Below, piece by piece: positions 41,228 through 50,102 of a stretch of DNA of 64,000 nucleotides. Position numbers and translations under genes: made by a program. The notes below the pieces were generated by a model, which was not told the DNA's origin, searched no databases, and was given only the letters and a program-made list of their open reading frames with translations. The stretch's first letter is position 1. Each line of letters begins with the position of its first letter. The stretch comes from Hahellaceae bacterium (GTDB taxonomy: Bacteria > Pseudomonadota > Gammaproteobacteria > Pseudomonadales > Oleiphilaceae), in the NCBI GenBank assembly GCA_016716085.1, contig JADJWY010000001.1, forward strand, positions 423,437 through 487,436, written 5' to 3'.

Positions 41228-42451
41228 ATGGCAAAAGTGGCGACCGAAAAAACGGCTACCTTTATTTGGGAAGGCACCGATCGACGAGGGCAGAAAACCA
41301 AAGGTGAGGCGACTTCGACCAATCGCGCCTTGCTGAAGGCTCAGCTACGCAAACAAGGCATAAACCCCTCGAAGGTGCGCAAAAAATCAGCTGCCTCTCT
41401 TGGCAGCAAGGGCAAAAAAATCACACCCTTCGATATTGCCATATTCACGCGCCAGATGGCGACAATGATGAAGGCTGGGGTGCCGCTGGTTCAATCTTTT
41501 GACATTGTCGCCGACGGCCTTGAGCACCCCTCCTTACGAGAGCTCGTCATTACAATTAAATACGATGTCGCCGCAGGCAATAGTTTTGCCGGCGCGCTCG
41601 CTAAACACCCTCGCTACTTCGATGATTTGTTCTGCAACCTGATCGAATCGGGCGAAAAGTCTGGTGCGTTAGAAACCATGTTGGAGCGCGTGGCGACCTA
41701 CATGGAAAAAACCGAGAAGCTGAAGAAGAAAGTCAAAAAGGCCATGACCTATCCCATAGCGGTCGTCAGCGTTGCCTTTATCGTCACCGGCATCCTGCTG
41801 GTCAAAGTTGTGCCGCAATTTCAAGAGGTATTCAGAAGTTTTGGTGCAGATCTGCCTGCCTTCACGCTGATGGTTATCGCCATGTCGGAATGGATGCAGG
41901 CCTACTGGTATATTATTTTGGGAGCGGTTATTGCCGCCATCTTCGTATTTCGTGAAGCGAAGCTGCGCTCTCAAGCTTTTGCAGAGGCGCTCGATCGTTT
42001 AGCACTTAAAGCACCCATTGTTGGCCCCATCCTGCACAACTCGGCGGTTGCGCGATTTGCCCGCGTGCTTTCAACAACATTTTCAGCAGGTGTGCCCTTG
42101 GTGGATGCTTTGGAATCGGTAGCCGGCGCAACCGGAAACTCTGTTTTCCGTTACGCTGTGCTCAAAATCCGTGACGATGTGTCTTCCGGCACCCAGTTGC
42201 AGTACAGTATGAAATCTACCGGCGTCTTCCCGGCGATGGCGATCCAGCTCACCTCCATTGGTGAAGAGTCCGGTGCACTGGATGATATGCTGGCGAAAGT
42301 AGCTGACCACTATGAAGCCGAGGTCGATGATGCGGTGGATAATCTCACTGCCTTAATGGAGCCGATGATCATGGCCGTCCTGGGTATTCTCGTCGGAGGT
42401 TTGATTACCGCGATGTACCTGCCAATCTTCCAACTGGGTCAAGCCGTTTAA
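41228..42451 (+). CDS. pilC: Type IV pilus platform protein PilC
   Basis: GspF-family protein, about 406 aa, with duplicated domains and 3 TM helices. Located between pilB and pilD. Confidence 0.93.
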   Translation: MAKVATEKTATFIWEGTDRRGQKTKGEATSTNRALLKAQLRKQGINPSKVRKKSAASLGSKGKKITPFDIAIFTRQMATMMKAGVPLVQSFDIVADGLEHPSLRELVITIKYDVAAGNSFAGALAKHPRYFDDLFCNLIESGEKSGALETMLERVATYMEKTEKLKKKVKKAMTYPIAVVSVAFIVTGILLVKVVPQFQEVFRSFGADLPAFTLMVIAMSEWMQAYWYIILGAVIAAIFVFREAKLRSQAFAEALDRLALKAPIVGPILHNSAVARFARVLSTTFSAGVPLVDALESVAGATGNSVFRYAVLKIRDDVSSGTQLQYSMKSTGVFPAMAIQLTSIGEESGALDDMLAKVADHYEAEVDDAVDNLTALMEPMIMAVLGILVGGLITAMYLPIFQLGQAV

Positions 42452-42453
42452 GC

Positions 42454-43395
42454 GTGGATCATCTACTTACTGTTCTTAGTCAAAACCCCGGTGTGTTTTA
42501 CACCGGGGTTCTCGTTTTAGGGCTGATCATTGGCAGCTTTCTGAATGTAGTGATTCTGCGCTTGCCGAAGATGATGGAACAGGAATGGCGGGCGCAATGC
42601 GCTGAGCTAATGAATCCTGCTACCGGCGACGCTGGGAGCGAGCCCCTTGGGTGTGCGGTGGATTCGAACCCCCCATCCGCCGAACCGCGCCTGACGCTGT
42701 CCCACCCCAACTCCACCTGCCCGCACTGCGGTCATGCGATCAAGCCCTGGGAAAATATCCCGGTGATCAGCTATGTGTTTCTGGGCGGTAAGTGCTCAGC
42801 CTGCAAGACGCCAATTTCGCTGCGTTACCCCATTATTGAATTAGCCACGGGGCTGTTGTCGCTGACCGTCGCGCTGTATTTTGGCGTGAGCGCCTTCACC
42901 TTTGCGGCGCTGCTGTTTACCTGGCTGCTGATCGCCATGAGTGCGATTGATTTCGACACACAACTGCTGCCGGATTCGCTGACCCTACCCCTGCTGTGGC
43001 TCGGATTGATCGTGAACACCTTGCTGGGACACGTTCCCCTGGAAGATGCGGTGTGGGGGGCTGTTGCCGGTTATCTGTCTTTGTGGACGGTGTACCAGGT
43101 ATTCCGCATTCTGACCGGCAAGGAAGGCATGGGCTTTGGTGATTTCAAATTGTTGGCTGCACTGGGCGCGTGGATGGGCTGGCAGATGTTACCTCTGATT
43201 ATTTTATTGTCGTCGATGGTCGGCGCCGTGGTGGGTATTGCGCTGATCGTGGTACGCGGGCGCGATCGTAACATTCCGATTCCGTTTGGCCCCTATCTGG
43301 CCGCTGCAGGATGGATTGCCTTGCTCTGGGGCAACCAAATTGTGACGTTTTACCTCGAACGTTTTGCCACACCGACCGCTGTACCGGCATACTAG
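42454..43395 (+). CDS. pilD: Prepilin peptidase / N-methyltransferase PilD
   Basis: CPHCGH...CSAC zinc motif and GMGFGDFKL active-site Asp region. GTG start. Confidence 0.93.
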   Translation: MDHLLTVLSQNPGVFYTGVLVLGLIIGSFLNVVILRLPKMMEQEWRAQCAELMNPATGDAGSEPLGCAVDSNPPSAEPRLTLSHPNSTCPHCGHAIKPWENIPVISYVFLGGKCSACKTPISLRYPIIELATGLLSLTVALYFGVSAFTFAALLFTWLLIAMSAIDFDTQLLPDSLTLPLLWLGLIVNTLLGHVPLEDAVWGAVAGYLSLWTVYQVFRILTGKEGMGFGDFKLLAALGAWMGWQMLPLIILLSSMVGAVVGIALIVVRGRDRNIPIPFGPYLAAAGWIALLWGNQIVTFYLERFATPTAVPAY

Positions 43396-43422
43396 GGCTT
43401 TCCTGAACGCCCTGGTTTTGCG

Positions 43423-44061
43423 ATGTCTCATTCTTCCTTACGTATCGGGCTGACCGGGGGTATTGCCTCCGGCAAGTCTGCTGCCGCCCGTCATTTCATG
43501 GCCCTTGGGGTGCCACTGATCAATGCCGATCAGGTCGCTCGCGATATTGTTGCCCCCGGCGAACCCTGTCTTGCTGCGATTGCGGAAACCTTTGGACAAA
43601 ACATGCTGCTGCCTGACGGCAACCTTAATCGACCCGCCCTGCGCGCCCTAGTGTTCGCCGACGCTGACGCGCGCGGCAAACTGGAAGCCATTACTCACCC
43701 TGAAATCGGTCGTCGGATTCGGGCGTGGCTGGCTGCCCAGAAAAGCCCCTACGTCATCCTGGAATCCCCACTGCTGCTGGAAACCCGACAACATGAATGG
43801 GTCAACCGGGTGCTGGTGATTGATGTGCCGGAAGCCCTGCAGATCGAGCGTGCCGTGGCCCGTGATGGCGTTCCTGTAGAACAGGCGAAGGCTATCCTGG
43901 CAGCGCAGATGCCACGCGCTTTGCGCCAAAGCCGGGCAGACGATATCATAACCAACAACAAGGATCTGGCGGTGCTTCAGGCAGCGGTGGAGCAGCTGCA
44001 CACCCAATACCTTGCCCTGGCCACCCAACCCTCACAGTGGAGACCCCATGCTGAACGTTGA
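43423..44061 (+). CDS. coaE: Dephospho-CoA kinase
   Basis: P-loop GLTGGIASGKS, in pilD-coaE-yacG synteny as in Pseudomonas. Confidence 0.92.
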   Translation: MSHSSLRIGLTGGIASGKSAAARHFMALGVPLINADQVARDIVAPGEPCLAAIAETFGQNMLLPDGNLNRPALRALVFADADARGKLEAITHPEIGRRIRAWLAAQKSPYVILESPLLLETRQHEWVNRVLVIDVPEALQIERAVARDGVPVEQAKAILAAQMPRALRQSRADDIITNNKDLAVLQAAVEQLHTQYLALATQPSQWRPHAER

Positions 44062-44257
44062 TTGCCCCACCTGCAAAAAAAAGGTGCCCTGGACGCAGGA
44101 ATACCCGGATCGTCCGTTTTGCAGCCCGCGCTGTCGCCTGATTGACTTGGGTGCCTGGAGCGACGAATCCTACAAGATTCCGGCTGCAGTCCCCACTGAT
44201 TTTATTCAGGACGGCGAATTGGGCAGTGACCCGACGCCCACCGGTTTTCAACACTAG
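44048..44257 (+). CDS. yacG: DNA gyrase inhibitor YacG (zinc finger)
   Basis: Start moved to MLNVDCPTCKK...PFCSPRCRLIDLGAW (CxxC...CxxC). It overlaps the coaE end by 14 nt. Confidence 0.85.
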   Translation: MLNVDCPTCKKKVPWTQEYPDRPFCSPRCRLIDLGAWSDESYKIPAAVPTDFIQDGELGSDPTPTGFQH

Positions 44258-44274
44258 TTAAGGAAGCTTTGCCC

Positions 44275-44724
44275 ATGTCGAAGGAACGCCCCTGCCTGTT
44301 TTGCGCGATTGCCCAGAATCAGGAACCGTGTGTGACCGTCTATGAAGATGAGATCTGCAAGGTGTTTATGGATCTTTACCCAGTGAGCCCCGGCCACCTG
44401 CAAATCATTCCGAAAAAACACGCGACGTTCTACCACGAGTTGTCAGCCAGTACCCGCAACCACCTGGCCCGCGTCACCCAACAGGTCGCGGAGGCGGTGT
44501 TAAAAAGCGAGCTGGGGGCAACGGGCTATAACCTTATGAATAATAATGGAAAATCCGCCAATCAACACATCGGCCATGTGCACCTGCATGTGATACCCCG
44601 CTATCCGCGGGATGCGCTGAAGATCCTGGGGCATTTCATTTTGCATATTCCGGGTGCCTTTATCTTGAAAGCCTCCCGCGCGCGCCTGGAGCAGCAGGCG
44701 GAGCAAATTGCACGTTACCTTTAA
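44275..44724 (+). CDS. HIT-family (histidine triad) protein
   Basis: HVHLHVIPR histidine triad. The ATG is preceded by an AAGGAAG RBS; the track ORF starts 2 codons earlier at a TTG. Confidence 0.85.
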   Translation: MSKERPCLFCAIAQNQEPCVTVYEDEICKVFMDLYPVSPGHLQIIPKKHATFYHELSASTRNHLARVTQQVAEAVLKSELGATGYNLMNNNGKSANQHIGHVHLHVIPRYPRDALKILGHFILHIPGAFILKASRARLEQQAEQIARYL

Positions 44725-45474
44725 ATGAATCAGGCCACCCCCAACAATTGGACGCTGCAGACGATTGGCCTGATCCGATCCCCCTTCCCCGAGAAGTTCG
44801 GGGTACCGCGTCAGCCGGGGCTGCATCAACTGCAAAGTCGCATCGAACTGCTGCCACCTTTTAACCATCAGGATGCGGTGCGGGGGCTGGAGCAATTCAG
44901 CCACCTCTGGGTGACGTTTGTTTTCCATCTGAGCGCCGCTCAGGGATGGACACCGCTGATTCGCCCACCGCGCCTGGGTGGTAATCGCAAAATCGGCGTG
45001 TTTGCCTCGCGGTCGCCGTTTCGTCCCAATCCGATTGGACTTTCCGCGGTTAAACTGGATGCGATCGAGCAAGGGCCGAAAGGGACCCTATTGATCATTT
45101 CGGGCGGGGATTTTGTCGATGGAACGCCGGTGCTGGATATCAAGCCTTATATTGCCTACTCCGATGCCCATCCGCAGGCACACTCAGGTTACGCCGGGGC
45201 CGAGCCCGAAAAGCGACTGACGGTTCAACTGACGACCCAGGCACAGCAGCAGCTTGACGCACTGCCGCGACAACACCCGCTCATGCGCGGAGACACGACC
45301 CGACAGACCGCCCTCCGCGCGCTGCAGGACGCGCTGGGCCTGGATCCACGCCCGGCTTACGCAGGTGCATCCTCACGCGAACGCACCTACTATCTGAAGT
45401 TATTTGATCTGGAAATCGTCTGGCAGGTTGAAGGCGACCAGGTGACGGTTCAGGCCATCACGCCGACCGTTTAA
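44725..45474 (+). CDS. trmO: tRNA (t6A37-N6)-methyltransferase TrmO (TsaA/YaeB family)
   Basis: IGLIRSPFPEKFGVPRQPG and RPNPIGLS motifs of the TsaA-like fold. Confidence 0.8.
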   Translation: MNQATPNNWTLQTIGLIRSPFPEKFGVPRQPGLHQLQSRIELLPPFNHQDAVRGLEQFSHLWVTFVFHLSAAQGWTPLIRPPRLGGNRKIGVFASRSPFRPNPIGLSAVKLDAIEQGPKGTLLIISGGDFVDGTPVLDIKPYIAYSDAHPQAHSGYAGAEPEKRLTVQLTTQAQQQLDALPRQHPLMRGDTTRQTALRALQDALGLDPRPAYAGASSRERTYYLKLFDLEIVWQVEGDQVTVQAITPTV

Positions 45475-45491
45475 GGCCATCGTTGAGCGCC

Positions 45492-45950
45492 TCAGTGGGC
45501 TTCGCCACTGCTGCCAGGAAAGGTTCCGGCAAAGCGGGTAATCCATTCTTCTGCAGCCTCTTCCTGAGACAATATCCGTCCCTCATCCTGAAGGATCCGG
45601 TCACGGTATTCTTCGATGTGGCAGATCTGCTCAACCATGCGGGCCGCAAAAGCGTCCTCACGGGACATAAAGCTGCAGCCGACTTCGTAGACCCCAGCCT
45701 CCAGTTCCTGACACCAAATCACCTTCGCCCGGGTCTCGAACGCCGGTTTGACCGCGTCAATCTTCAGCATCAGGGTTTCACCGCGCATAAAGCGGCGATC
45801 CGCAATGCAGCAGATGCCACCCTTGCTCACGTTCCTGCTCTGACCTTCTCCCAGACCATCAGGCTCGCCCTGACTGCCCGCAGTCAATCGAATAGGTACA
45901 TTGAGCGGGTGACGGATGTAGTCACGTGCATGTTCTGCCATATCCAGCAT
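45492..45950 (-). CDS. PilZ-domain protein (putative c-di-GMP receptor)
   Basis: An RxxxR motif (RDYIR) is followed 27 residues later by NxSxxG (NVSKGG). Confidence 0.75.
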   Translation of the reverse strand: MLDMAEHARDYIRHPLNVPIRLTAGSQGEPDGLGEGQSRNVSKGGICCIADRRFMRGETLMLKIDAVKPAFETRAKVIWCQELEAGVYEVGCSFMSREDAFAARMVEQICHIEEYRDRILQDEGRILSQEEAAEEWITRFAGTFPGSSGEAH

Positions 45951-45980
45951 TTTAACTCCATTGTTATTGTTATGGGTAGA

Positions 45981-48287
45981 TTACAGTAGACGACTCAGGA
46001 CATCCTTCAGTTCATCCATTTTCACCGGCTTGCTCAAATAGGCATCCATCCCCGCCTCTTTGACCCTCGCCTGCGTTCTTTCAGACTGACTGCCAGACAA
46101 GGCAATCAAGGCCAATCCTGGTCTCACTTTCCGGATTCGCCGTGCGGCTTCAAAACCATTTAACACCGGCATCCAACAATCCAGAATAATCGCGCAATAG
46201 CCCCCGCGTTGCGCCCTCTCAATAGCATCTTCTCCGTTTAGCACGCTGTCAACATCAAAACCCAGCGTTTCGAGCATTAAACGGGTGACTTGCTGAACCG
46301 CCGTGTCGTCATCAGCCACGAGAACCCGGCGACGCTCGGAGGGTTGCCCGGTTTCAGCCGCCGTTTCACGTTCGATGCGGGCTGAAATATAGGGCGTCTT
46401 GGACAAATCAATCAGGTTGCGTTTGCAGGCCGCGTAAAGAGACAAGAGATTCGGCATTTCGTCATCACAAATGACGGCAAACCCAGCCGCAGCGGTGCGC
46501 AGGGCGTCGGGCAACACCCCCCCTGGCGGCAACGTGATGGCCGTCAGCACGATATGATTCTGTTGCACGAAATCTCTGAGACCATCCAGGTCAGCCGTAT
46601 CCAGCCCTCCCAGGGCCAGCCCGTCGACAATCAGCATGTCAGGATGCTCTTGCTCCCCAGAAGCGGGATTCTGAATATTTTCAATACCCAGCAGGCTGCC
46701 CACGACCATGACCCGACAATGATTAGAGGTCAGCTGGGGCTCAAGCATCTGAAGTCTGGCACCCTGTAACCCCGCCAGCAACACCGTGGCACCCTGCCCC
46801 GCTAGCGTCGCCTCGCCTTTCGTCGGGCGAGGAGGGACCGCCCTGAGAATAATTTCAAACCAAACGCTATTCCCCTTACCTGCCTCTGATTTGAAACCAA
46901 ACTCCCCTCCGATGGCCACCACCCACTCCCGAAACACCACCAGCCTCAGCAAGCCAGCCAGCGTTGCGATGGAAAGTTTCTCCGGGAGGCGGGCGGGCAT
47001 ATGGGTGAGGACATCCAGCAAGGGGCCGGGCAGACAGCGACCGTTGTCTTCGGCGTTGATACGCACGCGCAGATACTGGCTGTCGATTCGGCTGATCACC
47101 TGCCCCAGTAGCACCAGCTTGGTCGGCTCGCTCAGCACGGCGAGGCCAGCAATCAGGTTTTCGACAATCTGCTGAAAGCCCTGCTGGTCTCCTATCACGC
47201 GGCGTGGAAGACTCTCGTCCATGATGATCTGCAGATCAATTTCCTTGCCCAGCACGGCGGATTCCAACCGATCAACCGACTGCTCCAGTAAGAGGGGAAG
47301 ATCAAACTCCTCCTGACGGCGCACCGGACTGTGCCCCACCAGCGACATCAGGCGAATGAGGTCACTGGCGGCACTGTGAACGTGCACGTAGTCGACTTCG
47401 CTCCAGTCGGGCGGCTGAACCGGGGGACTGAATTTAAAACTGGACTCCCGTTCGTCCTTGGGATCAAAGCAGGCTTTCTCAATGTGCCGGAGCGTGCGTT
47501 TGAAGAAGTCGAGGTAGTCCAATAAATCTGAACGGGCGATTTCAGAGCGCTCATCTTCTTCCGATTGCAGCACATCAATCGTATGTTGCTGCTCAAGAAT
47601 GCGTTTCGACAACAGATTGAAGGCATCACTGACGCGCGACAATTCGTCCCGCCGCCCTTTTCGTCTCTTCAGCTGCACAGGTGCTGTCTGCCGCCCCTCG
47701 GTGATCGACTGGGCGATATTCGACAAAGCCTCCAGATGTCGGCTCACCAGCCACCAAAAGATAAATAGAAAAAAGGTCACGATGATTACAGTCTTGATGA
47801 ACTGCGCGGACAAAATGATCACCGCCCGGTCCCATAAAATGGCATACAGCGGCTTCAGGGATGCCAGGACGGTCAGATCGCCAAGCTTGCGCGGCTGCGG
47901 CGCATTAGAAAAGAGTTCGGCAGACTGACTGATGGAGGGCTCGCCCTGGGGTGGCGTACCCAGCACGTAGGTCTTACCTTCGGTGGTCGTCAGGGAAACA
48001 TTGTAGATCTCCGGGATGTTGAGCATGCCCTCCAGAATGACGACCGTGCTTTGCTCATCGATCATCCACAAGCTGTTCGCCAGACCCGGCTCGAGACCCT
48101 GCACCAGACTCTCAATACGCCGGGCTAACACTGTTTTTTCAACGCCGTAGTCGTAATAGAGCTGGAAAGCGATGGACAGTATCGCCACAAAGGAACTGAA
48201 GACCAACACACTGGCCATCACCTGGGTACCCAGAGGATAGCGCCGCAACCGTTGTACCAATTGGAACCACAAAGCCTTTTTCCTCAA
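45981..48287 (-). CDS. Membrane hybrid sensor with divergent kinase core and C-terminal receiver
   Basis: Layout is TM, a periplasmic segment of about 130 aa, TM, and a HAMP-like segment. Then comes a HATPase-like region (FQQIVENLIAG, GGEFGFKSEAGKGNSVWFEI) with no clear HExxT H-box. The C-terminal REC has VLVADDD...ILDCWMP...SKP. TTG start is uncertain; an alternative is Met24. Confidence 0.7.
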   Translation of the reverse strand: MRKKALWFQLVQRLRRYPLGTQVMASVLVFSSFVAILSIAFQLYYDYGVEKTVLARRIESLVQGLEPGLANSLWMIDEQSTVVILEGMLNIPEIYNVSLTTTEGKTYVLGTPPQGEPSISQSAELFSNAPQPRKLGDLTVLASLKPLYAILWDRAVIILSAQFIKTVIIVTFFLFIFWWLVSRHLEALSNIAQSITEGRQTAPVQLKRRKGRRDELSRVSDAFNLLSKRILEQQHTIDVLQSEEDERSEIARSDLLDYLDFFKRTLRHIEKACFDPKDERESSFKFSPPVQPPDWSEVDYVHVHSAASDLIRLMSLVGHSPVRRQEEFDLPLLLEQSVDRLESAVLGKEIDLQIIMDESLPRRVIGDQQGFQQIVENLIAGLAVLSEPTKLVLLGQVISRIDSQYLRVRINAEDNGRCLPGPLLDVLTHMPARLPEKLSIATLAGLLRLVVFREWVVAIGGEFGFKSEAGKGNSVWFEIILRAVPPRPTKGEATLAGQGATVLLAGLQGARLQMLEPQLTSNHCRVMVVGSLLGIENIQNPASGEQEHPDMLIVDGLALGGLDTADLDGLRDFVQQNHIVLTAITLPPGGVLPDALRTAAAGFAVICDDEMPNLLSLYAACKRNLIDLSKTPYISARIERETAAETGQPSERRRVLVADDDTAVQQVTRLMLETLGFDVDSVLNGEDAIERAQRGGYCAIILDCWMPVLNGFEAARRIRKVRPGLALIALSGSQSERTQARVKEAGMDAYLSKPVKMDELKDVLSRLL

Positions 48288-48367
48288 CTAAAACGCTGGA
48301 TAGAGCATCCTTTCTCCCCTATAACTTGTATGAGTTTAGCCATTCTGTCACTAAGGGGAAATAGACC

Positions 48368-49390
48368 TTGAACGCCTTTCTGAAGCCATCGCTGCTTCTG
48401 GCTGCCTTTACCGGATGTCTGGGATCATCCGTCTACGCCAGGTCCTGGCATACAAACAGCTCACCCACCCCTTTTGACGCTCATAATGGCAATCCGTTTG
48501 TGGTGCTGACAGCGCCACCCTCCTGGCTTTCGTCGGGCTTACCCGAGCAGGTCCATGCCGACGTCAGTCTTCAGCACGCGCTCTCCAACAGCTTTCGGGA
48601 AAATGAAGCGGGGGATGAGATTTCTTCATTCGACAGCGAGACTGGACTCACCACATTGAGCGCCCGATTCCGTCTCACCAACACATTGGAGAGTTATATA
48701 CGCATTCCCTGGATCACCCAAAGTGCGGGTCAATTGGATTCCCTGATCTATCACTGGCACGACGCGTTCGGATTGCCCCAAGGGCGCCGCACGGACGAGA
48801 CCAACAATCAATTCCAGCTGCGTTACTGGGACGCAGGGCAGGCGAAAGTGGCGCGCACCGGGCCCAGCCGCGAACTGGGCGATATTCGCCTGGGGCTGAC
48901 TATGCCGCTGACATCGCTTGGCGTCGACGCGATGCTTCAGTCGGAGCTGCGACTCCCCACCGGCGATGCAGATGCCCTTGCCGGAACCGGCGCATCCGGC
49001 GCCAGTCTGGGCCTTGGGGCCACAACGCAGAGCGAATGGCTGGGGGTGTCGACTGGCTGGTTCGGCACCATTGGACTGACCTGGAATGATGCCGGTGACG
49101 GCCCCCTCGCCTATCGGCAGAAAGCGATTATGCTTTCCGGGCGGGCGGGCGCCCAATGGCAGTGGTTTCCGACGTGTCTGATAAAAATGCAGCTCGACAG
49201 TCACTCGTCTGCCTATGACAGCGAGTTAAAGGAGTTAGGCGGCATCCCTCTGCAACTAACAGCGGGCGTCACATTCGGGCTAACTGAATATTGGTGGGGG
49301 GACTTCAGCCTTTCGGAAGACCTCAATGCCGGCGCATCCCCTGATCTTACCGTCGCTTTTAGGGTTAATTACCTATGGAATCGTAATTGA
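48368..49390 (+). CDS. Secreted/outer-membrane protein of unknown function (DUF3187-like by recollection)
   Basis: Signal peptide, then alternating beta-strand-like pattern. TTG start with an AGGGGA RBS. The family assignment comes from memory only. Confidence 0.5.
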   Translation: MNAFLKPSLLLAAFTGCLGSSVYARSWHTNSSPTPFDAHNGNPFVVLTAPPSWLSSGLPEQVHADVSLQHALSNSFRENEAGDEISSFDSETGLTTLSARFRLTNTLESYIRIPWITQSAGQLDSLIYHWHDAFGLPQGRRTDETNNQFQLRYWDAGQAKVARTGPSRELGDIRLGLTMPLTSLGVDAMLQSELRLPTGDADALAGTGASGASLGLGATTQSEWLGVSTGWFGTIGLTWNDAGDGPLAYRQKAIMLSGRAGAQWQWFPTCLIKMQLDSHSSAYDSELKELGGIPLQLTAGVTFGLTEYWWGDFSLSEDLNAGASPDLTVAFRVNYLWNRN

Positions 49391-49449
49391 GCCCCCGGTT
49401 TGCACGGGTTAACATGGGAATCTGATAACAATCCCAATCAGGACTTTCA

Positions 49450-50007
49450 ATGACCCGAAAATCGCTTCTGCTGTCAGCACTTGCCCTGGCAGTGCCCGTT
49501 GTGGCTTCGGCCAACGAATTCGAACTGAACATCAGTAATAAATCCGTCAATGGCCAGCTCACTTTCCTTAACGCCAGCCGCCAGGCCGAATTTGGCGCAG
49601 GCTACATTTACCGTGAAGGAGGCATGAATATCGCCAATATCGACATTCATGCCCGCGGCCAGACGGCCCTGGGTAACTTCCCGACGACCGTGGGTATCGG
49701 CGCCCAGGTCTCGATGTACGAAGAGGACAAGATTGACGGTGGTGCCATCGGCATTGGCGGCTATGCCCACGTTAAAATCCCCGAAGTTCCAGGGCTTGGC
49801 ATTAAGGCGGCCGCCCATTTCGCCCCATCAATCACCTCATTCAACGATCTGGAGCAGTTCTTTCGGGCAGATGTCAAAGTCACCTATCGCGTGATCCAGA
49901 ATGCCGATATTTACGTGGGCTACCGCAGCGTCATCGGTGACATTCGAGGCCGTGGCAATGAAAGCCTGGATGAAAATGCCCACGTCGGCTTCATGCTGAT
50001 GTTCTGA
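49450..50007 (+). CDS. Small outer-membrane beta-barrel protein (YfaZ-like)
   Basis: Signal peptide ...VVASA-NE. About 165 aa mature, Gly/aromatic-rich alternating strands, with a terminal Phe (HVGFMLMF). Confidence 0.6.
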   Translation: MTRKSLLLSALALAVPVVASANEFELNISNKSVNGQLTFLNASRQAEFGAGYIYREGGMNIANIDIHARGQTALGNFPTTVGIGAQVSMYEEDKIDGGAIGIGGYAHVKIPEVPGLGIKAAAHFAPSITSFNDLEQFFRADVKVTYRVIQNADIYVGYRSVIGDIRGRGNESLDENAHVGFMLMF

Positions 50008-50102
50008 TCGCACTGCTTCACAGTTTAACCTTTGTTCATTTCTTTGCCACAGGCCAAGGGGGTATAATTGCCCTCTGATGGCTCCCGCTTGACAGGTACC
50101 CT

